The translations under genes and the position numbers were made by a program. Below the pieces are notes generated by a model that did not search any database, had not been told where the DNA came from, and saw only the letters and a program-made list of their open reading frames with translations. From a virus (lineage: Duplodnaviria; Caudoviricetes), in the IMG/VR virus record IMGVR_UViG_3300005573_001593, positions 1-64,000 of that record: 64,000 nt of DNA. One strand, 5' to 3'. This document shows positions 56,592 to 64,000 of this stretch, piece after piece (the stretch's first letter is position 1; the number at the start of each line of letters is the position of its first letter).

Positions 56592-57656
56592 TTACGACAG
56601 GTAGCGCGGTGTCCAGATGGCGTAGACATCGACGATGGGCTGCGTCGAAGCGGTCACCTGCAACGTGAGCACGGTCCCAGTTGGCTCGATGACCGGGAAG
56701 GTGCCGGAGAACGCGATGAGTGTGCCGGGCGCGGCGCTGGAGACGACCGTGTAGCCGTTGGCCTGACGCGGGTCACAGCCAATGGTGATCTGCTGTCCGG
56801 GTGCCCAACTCAGGTTGCTCACCTGAAGCGAGGAGCCATCGGGGTTCTGCGAGAGCGTAAAGCCCGTGATGGTCGCGGCAGCGTAGTCGCATGAGGTCGT
56901 GGTGCCCGGATAGGAGAAGTTGGCCGTGAACGACGTGACACTGAGCGTAGTGGCCCCTGATGCCGCCGCTGCGGACAGCGTTACGGTCTGCGTGTGTCCC
57001 GTGCCATCATTGAGCGTAAACTGTGTGCCGGCCGGCGCGCTCGCGGGCAGGGCCGCTACGCTCAGACTGGTATAGGCGTTGCCGCTGGTTAGTGCCGCTG
57101 AGAGCGTCGTGTTGACAGCCTGCGAGTTGTTGGTCAGCGTGAGCGTTGGGTAGGCATACTCGGTACCACTGCTGGAGACGACCAGATTACCGCTGATCCA
57201 GTTGGATCCGGATACCAGGGCATACGCAAGACTACTGGAGTCGTAGCTGCTGGGTGTGGCCGCGTAAAGGTACGGGTCCACCGCCAGGAACGTGATCTGG
57301 ATCGTGACCGCAAGGAGGCGTGTCGCACGGTAGGTAATCGGTGCGCTGATGGCGTCGCAGACCAGATAGCGGTCGTCCAGCATGTGAATGGCCAGTTGCT
57401 GTTGCCGCTGGTTCAGCGCCTGCAAGAGCACATCCACCTTGCTTTCGAGATCGGCGCGTGAGCTGCCGACGACGACCACCGTTACCGTCGCACGTCGCTC
57501 GTTGATAATCGTGCCGGTCGTCTTTACACCAGGGTACCGTGCGACTTTGAAGACGCTCTCCTGCACCTCCGGCAAGCCGAGCTTCTTGTCGGTTACGAAA
57601 TAATTCGTACCGTCATTGAGCTGGAAGGTCCCGAACGTATAGCTGGGTAGCGCCAT
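56592..57656 (-). CDS. Distal tail protein (Dit)
   Basis: Directly after the TMP; FGTFQLND...RRATVTV...ITFLAVDPYLY Dit pattern with an inserted module. Confidence 0.75.
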   Translation of the reverse strand: MALPSYTFGTFQLNDGTNYFVTDKKLGLPEVQESVFKVARYPGVKTTGTIINERRATVTVVVVGSSRADLESKVDVLLQALNQRQQQLAIHMLDDRYLVCDAISAPITYRATRLLAVTIQITFLAVDPYLYAATPSSYDSSSLAYALVSGSNWISGNLVVSSSGTEYAYPTLTLTNNSQAVNTTLSAALTSGNAYTSLSVAALPASAPAGTQFTLNDGTGHTQTVTLSAAAASGATTLSVTSFTANFSYPGTTTSCDYAAATITGFTLSQNPDGSSLQVSNLSWAPGQQITIGCDPRQANGYTVVSSAAPGTLIAFSGTFPVIEPTGTVLTLQVTASTQPIVDVYAIWTPRYLS

Positions 57657-57658
57657 GA

Positions 57659-60600
57659 CTAGATCCCCATCCCTGCGGTCGCGCCGCGGCCACCATACTC
57701 CACCGCGAGGCCCGCAATCTCGTTGAAGATCTGATAGATCGTGTTGATATCCACGTTGCCGGTACCCTGAATGTTGATGTTGCCGATGTTTTGCTGAGTG
57801 ACAGTGCCTAGCGTCGCCGGCGTAATGTTGCTCCCGAGTGGCTGGGCACGTCCGGCGAGCCCATGCACCTCAGCAATGAGCTGCTGCAGGAGCGCCGGCA
57901 CACTGCCGCCATTGCCGCCGAGTCCACCAACTGGGAGTTGTGGTGTGAGGCCGCCGAGCGTGCCACCAGGGGTGAGGCCGGTTCGCATCGCCTGAGCAAT
58001 CTGCGCTGTGGCCTGCTTCACTCGATCCTGCTGCGCGTTCAAACCTGCTACGAGCGTGTCCCCCATGTCGGGCATCCAGCGATCGAAATCGGCCAGCGGC
58101 CCTTCGTCCGGTACGGAGAAATGCAGGAAGGATTTGATCTTGTCCGCGACGCCAGATACGGCGCTGGTGACATGTCCAATGGCGCCGGTGATGCCTGAGG
58201 CGAGATTGCGAATCATGTCGCCGCCCCACCCGAGCATATTGCCGATCAGCCCGCGCATGATGCCGCCGATTTTGCCCGGTAGACCGGTGATGGTGGAGAC
58301 CACGGAACTCACCAGCTGACCAGCCTTACCTGTCGCCAGATGCACCAGGTTGTCGAAGTAGGACACCGCGATGTTGACCATGAGGGTGATGTGCTGCAGG
58401 AAATCCACCTCCAGCCGCACGGCTTCGTTGAGGATGTTGTCCACAAACTGCCCGATAGCCGCGAGCACGCGGGTCTCCATGCTCAACACCCAGGAGATCG
58501 CCCCGTTGACCATCGCTGAGATGGCTGAGAGGACACGCACCTCCATCTGGAAGAACCACGTAATGACGCTGTCGACCAGATGCGCGATGCCACTTAACAC
58601 CTCGCTCGGAAGCGTCTGGGTGAGCCAGGTAATGATGCCATGCACCAGATCGGGAATCACCGAGTGTCCGATCAGGTGATCGAACAGCTGCTCGAAGAAA
58701 TGGATCACGCCCTGGATGAAGTTGACGACACCGGTGAGCGCCCCGCCAGTGAGTGCGTCAAACCACTGTGCGATCCCCAGGATGGTGTGCCCCACGAACG
58801 AGAGCACGAAGCCCAGCCCGTTCTGGAACAGCAGCCCGAGCTGGCGGAGCATATCACCCGCGATGGCCGGTATCTTACCGAACTGCCCGGAAAAGACCGC
58901 CTGGACGATCCTGCCAAGATCACCAAACAAGCGGAAAATAGCGGCAAAGAAGCCCGCGATTTGGGGGAGCGCCGACAGGAAACCGCCGATGACGCCCGAG
59001 ACCAGGCCCAGCACGACCTTGAGCACAGTGCCAATCACCGTGCCGACGATCTGGAGTACAGGCGCGAGCGAGCGGAAGGAGTTGATCAGGTCATGTACTG
59101 CTGGCGCGAGCTTGGGCCACGTATTCTGCCACTGCAGACGCACCATCGTCAGGAACGTGTTGATGGTGTTGTGGATTTCCGTGATAATGGGCTTGAGCTG
59201 GCCACCAAGAAAGCCGCCCACCTGGGTCAGCTGAGTACGGAACCGGGTAAAAATCAGGATGCCGAGCGTGATGGCACCAGCGATCAGCAACAGGGGTACG
59301 AGGACGGCCCCGAGTGATGCCGCCATCCCCATCAGCGCGGGAATGGCGCTGAGCGCGCCCTGGGCGGCTCCCATGAGGCCGGTCCGGAGCAGTCCGAGCA
59401 ACTGCGCCGGATTGCCGAGCTTGCCCACGAGTTCGCCCAAAGAACCGGTGAATGTTCCGATGTTGCTGACGCCTTTGCCGACCCACGAGAGCGCCGTCGG
59501 ACCGAGCCGTGCCAGGTCACTCAACTTGCCTTTCAGGACTTCAAGCGCCAGTCCGGGGTGTCGCACAGCCAGACCGAACTGAAGCAGTTTGGTTGAGATC
59601 CCTTCCCCAAAGGCCGTACCGAACCGTCCTGCTTCGCCAACGACCGATCCCAGACCGCCTTTGAGACTGAGGAACAGCTTGCCTAGCGGCGCACCCTTGC
59701 CCAGCATGGACGTGAAGATGCCACTGACCATGTTCCCCACGGGCCCGAACGCCAGAAACGCCGCGCCCACGGTTGCGACCGCTCCGGCGATGCCCAGGAA
59801 AGCCGCGCGCATCGCCGCGGGATGCGCGCTGGCCCACGCCGAGAACCGGTTGAGCGCAGGCAGGATCTTGTCACCGATCTCCTTGACCAAGGGCTCCAGC
59901 GCGTCACCCAGCTTGATGAGCGCGTTCTCACCCGCGACCTTGAGGTGGTCCCACTCCGCCGCCATCGTCTGCTCGTGGATCTTGAAGGCGTTGGCCGTCA
60001 TCCCCTGCGACTGCGCCATATCGCCGAGGATCTTGTTGTAAGCCGCTCCGCCATTGGTCAGCAGTTGCATCGCCGCCTGAAAACCTGCCGCACCACCGGT
60101 CAACTTCAGCATTTCCGCCTTGTTGCCCTTGGTGATCTCCATGAGGTAGTGCAGCCGCCCAATGAGATCAAGCGACGAGAACTTGGCGCTATCGAAGCCC
60201 AGGCCCATCTTCTTGGCGTTGGTCGCGACGGCGGCGGCGTTGATGCCGATAGCGCGGAAGAGATTGGAGAGCTGCATGCCCGCGATGTGCGCTGAGGACC
60301 CGCTGAGCGTCATCGTGGACATGGCCGCGGCAACTTGGTTGAAGCTGAACCCTGCCGCATTGCCTGTCACCGCCGCTCGTCCAATGGACGACGACAGCTC
60401 CTGCATCGTGGTCTTGCCATCGCGCAAGGCCACGAGCAGCATGTCCTGATAGTTCTGCGCCTGCTGTGCGCCCGCGCCATACGCGTTAAGGGCGCTGGTT
60501 AGTGCATCAGCGTCCGTGGACGCGTCCACCATGCCTGCCGCGCTGGCTTCCGTCACGACCTTGAGTACGCCCATCGCGTCCTTGGCCTGTACGCCGGCGG

Positions 60601-61255
60601 ACAGCACGTAGTACAGGCCGTCACCCAACTGCTTGGCCGGCACGCCCAGTTGCCCCGACATACTGAGCACCTGGGAGTTAAACTGGCTCATCTGTGCCGC
60701 GCTCTGCCCGGTAAGCGCCTGCACCACCGACATGGATGACTGGTACTGCGATGCCATGTGGAGGGCCGCGATACCCGCGCCGGCGGTCGCAGCGGTCGCG
60801 GCCAGGATCGGCATCCCGAGCCCGCCCATGCCCGCGCCAAAGCCTTCGCTGGAGCTGCGGGCCGCGTCCAGACTGCCCGCCGCCTCATCCGCCGTCGCAC
60901 TCAGTTCTGAAAGACTTGCGACGGCTCCGGATACCTCCGTGTCCAGCACACCGATCTGGGTGCCGGCTGCGTCCGCCGCTTCGCCCAGACCGCCTACCGA
61001 TTCGGCCGCCGCTGCGATCTGATCCGAAAGCGCCGAGAGATTCTCTTGCAGCGACGAGAAGACGGCATCCAGGCCGCCAATCGAACCGGAAACGCTGGAG
61101 AGACTGTCCTCAATGCCCGCCATTGCGCCGGAAATCGTTTCGCCCAGGCTCGATGCCGCTTCCGCTAGGCTGTCCAGTGAGGCAATCGCCTCATCTACGG
61201 CCGCCGTCGCACCGCCGGAGTCGCCTTCAAGCTCGAACAGGATGTTCTCATCCAT
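57659..61255 (-). CDS. Tape measure protein (TP901-like)
   Basis: 1198 aa, Ala/Gly-rich; PhageMin_Tail-like core, hydrophobic middle, aromatic 11-residue periodicity. Confidence 0.92.
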   Translation of the reverse strand: MDENILFELEGDSGGATAAVDEAIASLDSLAEAASSLGETISGAMAGIEDSLSSVSGSIGGLDAVFSSLQENLSALSDQIAAAAESVGGLGEAADAAGTQIGVLDTEVSGAVASLSELSATADEAAGSLDAARSSSEGFGAGMGGLGMPILAATAATAGAGIAALHMASQYQSSMSVVQALTGQSAAQMSQFNSQVLSMSGQLGVPAKQLGDGLYYVLSAGVQAKDAMGVLKVVTEASAAGMVDASTDADALTSALNAYGAGAQQAQNYQDMLLVALRDGKTTMQELSSSIGRAAVTGNAAGFSFNQVAAAMSTMTLSGSSAHIAGMQLSNLFRAIGINAAAVATNAKKMGLGFDSAKFSSLDLIGRLHYLMEITKGNKAEMLKLTGGAAGFQAAMQLLTNGGAAYNKILGDMAQSQGMTANAFKIHEQTMAAEWDHLKVAGENALIKLGDALEPLVKEIGDKILPALNRFSAWASAHPAAMRAAFLGIAGAVATVGAAFLAFGPVGNMVSGIFTSMLGKGAPLGKLFLSLKGGLGSVVGEAGRFGTAFGEGISTKLLQFGLAVRHPGLALEVLKGKLSDLARLGPTALSWVGKGVSNIGTFTGSLGELVGKLGNPAQLLGLLRTGLMGAAQGALSAIPALMGMAASLGAVLVPLLLIAGAITLGILIFTRFRTQLTQVGGFLGGQLKPIITEIHNTINTFLTMVRLQWQNTWPKLAPAVHDLINSFRSLAPVLQIVGTVIGTVLKVVLGLVSGVIGGFLSALPQIAGFFAAIFRLFGDLGRIVQAVFSGQFGKIPAIAGDMLRQLGLLFQNGLGFVLSFVGHTILGIAQWFDALTGGALTGVVNFIQGVIHFFEQLFDHLIGHSVIPDLVHGIITWLTQTLPSEVLSGIAHLVDSVITWFFQMEVRVLSAISAMVNGAISWVLSMETRVLAAIGQFVDNILNEAVRLEVDFLQHITLMVNIAVSYFDNLVHLATGKAGQLVSSVVSTITGLPGKIGGIMRGLIGNMLGWGGDMIRNLASGITGAIGHVTSAVSGVADKIKSFLHFSVPDEGPLADFDRWMPDMGDTLVAGLNAQQDRVKQATAQIAQAMRTGLTPGGTLGGLTPQLPVGGLGGNGGSVPALLQQLIAEVHGLAGRAQPLGSNITPATLGTVTQQNIGNINIQGTGNVDINTIYQIFNEIAGLAVEYGGRGATAGMGI

Positions 61256-61353
61256 CGGGATGGCTCCGTAGAACGTGGGTTCCTATTGCGTCTGCCTGCT
61301 GGCGACGCTATAGTGTGGGCAGCGGCAAGCAAGTAGCACTGGAGGCTCACAGC

Positions 61354-61614
61354 ATGGCAAACAAAGCAACAATGCTGATGGCGACGGTTCCGACATTGCC
61401 AGGGCGGAACTATGACGTGGTTGGACTCGTGTCCACGGCGGAGCGCGCGTTCTCAGGCAATGTCAAAGTAGAAGACCGGCTGAAAGACCTGGAGGAACAA
61501 GCTAAGAAGCTGGGGGCAGATGCGGTTATCGGCATCCAGGTCGCGACGAGCCTTGCCTCAGGCAATCAGATGATCACGACCCTACTCGGGACAGCCATCA
61601 AGTTTGCTGGGTGA
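61354..61614 (+). CDS. YbjQ/UPF0145-like protein (moron, antisense to the late operon)
   Basis: LPGRNYDVVGLV...LEEQAKKLGADAVIGI...LLGTAIK; GGAGG RBS. Confidence 0.75.
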   Translation: MANKATMLMATVPTLPGRNYDVVGLVSTAERAFSGNVKVEDRLKDLEEQAKKLGADAVIGIQVATSLASGNQMITTLLGTAIKFAG

Positions 61615-61626
61615 CGTGGCTGTCGG

Positions 61627-62696
61627 TCAGCTGATCGGCACGACCTCACCATCATAAATCGCCGTGCGACGCAGCGCGCGAACGAACTCGTCCTGTGTGG
61701 GCGCATCGCCAGCTTTCGCGCCACGCGCCTGAGCGATGTCACGCTCGTGCATGCGAACCGCCTCACGGTAGTACGCCAGGAGACGCTTCCACGGCATGCG
61801 GCGCATGCTCTCGTCAGACCAGTGGTAGTAGGCGGCTAGCTCAGCGAACATTGCCATAGGGTCAAACGGCTCGCTCGCAGGCAGTGGTGTTGCGGTCAGA
61901 TCGTCGGGCGCGCTCTCCGGTTCCGCCGCGACGCGCAGGTGCGCCACAAGGAGCGCGGCCGCTTCCGGGTCGCGACCGGCCAGACGCTGTGCCTCCTGCC
62001 ACGCGGTATCGCGGGCATCGGCATCCCACGCGACGGGCTGGGTCTGGACCGCTTCCAGATGCGCGGGCGCGTAGGGTGTCGCTGTGCCGTGCCGCACGCC
62101 TTGGCGCAGCGCCCACTCCCGCCGCCAGCGGCTCTGCTGACTTAGCGGCGGGTCGTCTGGCCGAAAAAATCCATGAACAGCCGCACGATCTTCGCGACGG
62201 ACAGGCCAGCGCGCAGCCGCTGCACGGTCATGGCGGGTTCTGTAAGCTGCCACACTCCCAGCACCAGGCGTGTCATGGCGTCCAGCTGCTGACGTTTGGA
62301 CATCTCGGCGCGCTGTTCGAAGAGTTCGATGGCGTCCAACTCCTGCTCAACCGTCGGCGTCGCGCACAGATGTACCACACGCTCGCTGGGCACTCGCCGC
62401 ACGTCCTGCTCTGTGTCCGGTCCCTCTACCGTCTCGGTGTGCCACTCGATGAACATCACGTCCACAAAGCGCAGGGTCACCTCATCGAGGTTCACCGCGC
62501 GTACCGCGTCCATGGCCTGCGCAATCTCAGGGTCTTGCTCATCGGGCAGTAATCCTCGATCCGCGGCGCTCTGTCGCGCCCGTCGCACCTGCTCCTCGCC
62601 GCTCACCCCGGCAAGACGATTACGGTCCACGAAGATACTCCTCTCTGTTCTGGCCCGCCCGACGCGGGCAGTATAGCGTGAGGCCTGAAGCGTCAA
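61627..62696 (-). CDS. Tail assembly chaperone, -1 frameshift product (gpGT-like)
   Basis: Slippery heptamer T-TTT-TTC at 62169-62163 joins the gpG frame to the ORF ending at 61627 (LAAYYHWSDESMRRMPWKRL). Confidence 0.8.
62142..62696 (-). CDS. Tail assembly chaperone (gpG-like)
   Basis: Between the major tail protein and the TMP; ends just after the slippery site. Confidence 0.75.
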   Translation of the reverse strand: MTLQASRYTARVGRARTERSIFVDRNRLAGVSGEEQVRRARQSAADRGLLPDEQDPEIAQAMDAVRAVNLDEVTLRFVDVMFIEWHTETVEGPDTEQDVRRVPSERVVHLCATPTVEQELDAIELFEQRAEMSKRQQLDAMTRLVLGVWQLTEPAMTVQRLRAGLSVAKIVRLFMDFFGQTTRR

Positions 62697-62736
62697 CTGA
62701 ACACTTCAGGCCCTGAGGTACTTGGGGCAATTCAGG

Positions 62737-63972
62737 TTAATACGCCGCGTCGACAAGGTTCGCGACGGTGCTCTGTAAGAGATAGGCATTGGCACCCATA
62801 TCGCTTGTGCTGCTCGCGGAGACCGCGATGCGGAACGCTTTGCCGTCCTTCTTCGGCGCCGGTGGCTCGGCCTTCGTGTACGTCATCGTGGGGATGTTGT
62901 AGGTCACGGTGTAGAACTGGTTGGCTTGGGTAAACACCAGTTGCACACTGCCTGTCGCCACCGCCTGCGCATCGGTCGTGCCCGTCGGGCTGCCAAAGTA
63001 TGTGCTGGCGATCCGGCTGCCATTCTGCATGATGAGGTTCAGCCCCACATCCAGCGTGAGCATGCCGAAGATGAGCGTGGCAAGCGTCAGTTGCTCGGTC
63101 TGGATCGTCGTGTCGAGGTTATTCTTCTGCGTGATGTCGAAGCTCTCGATCGCGACGGCATCGCCGGTTGTGGATCCATCCAGCGTCCAGACGCCCTCTG
63201 TGTACAGGAACGGCGGATGCGGCTCCAGCGTGACCGTGCTGGCTGACGTTTGCGCCACCGTCGCAATGCCTTGCCAGTCCACTTCGTACGTCAACAGGCC
63301 ACCGGCCTTGGCGCTGCGTTTGATCTGTTCGACCTTGCAGTCGCGTACGCGCAGGATGATGCCGGACGTCCCACCGAGGCTCACCTCAAACGTGTAGAAG
63401 GCGCCGTCGCTTTCGTCAATGATGACGTGCTGCGCCGTGCTCTGTACCGTGGCTCCGCTGCTGTGCGCCTGCTGCAAGGTCGCGCCATTGGCGAGCGTCG
63501 CGGTATAGGGCCCCGTGCCGGAGGGCGGTGTTGTGATCGTGACGATTTCTTCCGTCGCGAGGCCAGAGTCAATCACCAGCGTGGCGGTACCAGAGCTGGT
63601 AAGGCCAGTGTTTGCGGTGAGGCTGATGGTTGTCGCGCCGGCGGTAGCCGCGGCGGCCAGCGTCGTGTTCGTCGTCGGCGCGGTATAGGTATCACTGCCT
63701 GATCCCTGTGCCATTGCTTCGAGCAGTCCCAGCTCATTGGGACGCGGCGCCACGACGAGCTTGCCTTTGACCTCCTGCCGGTTCTTGATGATCAAGCTGA
63801 GGTGGCGACTGCCGTCGCCTTCCCAGACATCCTCGGCTTTGATGTCGAGCTGGATGTTCGAGCCATCCAGCCAGCGTGGAAAGTAGCTCGGCGCGACGGA
63901 GGTGCCGCCTTGGCTCTGTTTGCCGATGCCGATGTAGGCATTGTCTTCACGGATAGCGAGAATGAGGCTCAT
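62737..63972 (-). CDS. Major tail (tube) protein with inserted beta module
   Basis: YIGIGKQSQGG...; position upstream of TAC/TMP; Thr/Ala-rich insert. Confidence 0.75.
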   Translation of the reverse strand: MSLILAIREDNAYIGIGKQSQGGTSVAPSYFPRWLDGSNIQLDIKAEDVWEGDGSRHLSLIIKNRQEVKGKLVVAPRPNELGLLEAMAQGSGSDTYTAPTTNTTLAAAATAGATTISLTANTGLTSSGTATLVIDSGLATEEIVTITTPPSGTGPYTATLANGATLQQAHSSGATVQSTAQHVIIDESDGAFYTFEVSLGGTSGIILRVRDCKVEQIKRSAKAGGLLTYEVDWQGIATVAQTSASTVTLEPHPPFLYTEGVWTLDGSTTGDAVAIESFDITQKNNLDTTIQTEQLTLATLIFGMLTLDVGLNLIMQNGSRIASTYFGSPTGTTDAQAVATGSVQLVFTQANQFYTVTYNIPTMTYTKAEPPAPKKDGKAFRIAVSASSTSDMGANAYLLQSTVANLVDAAY

Positions 63973-63975
63973 GGA

Positions 63976-64000
63976 CTACGCTCCCTGCGCCGCATCGTCC
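63976..64000 (-). CDS. 3' end of upstream late gene (partial)
   Basis: Frame ...DDAAQGA* ends 3 nt before the MTP start. Confidence 0.4.

Larger units (their letters stand above)
6400..64000. mobile_element. Prophage (siphovirus-like late region), possibly composite; continues beyond the window
   Basis: Integrase/Xis at the left end, repressors, SSAP, antirepressor, lysis and tail modules. Head genes and attR are not in the window. Confidence 0.85.

Overview
GC-rich bacterial DNA. The host is probably Chloroflexota (Ktedonobacteria-like), inferred from the integrase, methyltransferase and response-regulator styles. Bases 1-6.4 kb are flank: a VIT1/CCC1 transporter, a TPR-like + KAP NTPase pair, and a very GC-rich two-gene operon (HK97-type prohead protease/scaffold + major capsid protein). 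That operon is driven by a sigma70-type promoter with a perfect GAAC-N4-GTTC LexA box between -35 and -10. The capsid gene breaks off after about 117 codons where a tyrosine-integrase element has inserted (arm-type tandem repeat at 6486-6509). From about 6.4 kb to the window end is prophage-like DNA. It holds integrase/Xis and a leftward early operon, several divergent regulator switches with visible operator arrays, and a cargo/defence region (XRE-IrrE peptidase pair, Doc-type TA, a type III R-M system whose mod gene is split by an IS256 copy with a 9-bp duplication, YaaC). It ends in a leftward siphovirus late region: an unusual lysis cassette, tail fibres/spike, a free-standing GIY-YIG endonuclease, hub/Dit/tape measure, a -1 frameshift tail chaperone and the major tail protein. 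Head, packaging and attR are outside the window. The best candidate for a new system is the SOS-controlled stand-alone capsid operon whose capsid gene is interrupted by, and would be restored on excision of, the prophage. All family names come from motif recognition by eye; no database searches were run.
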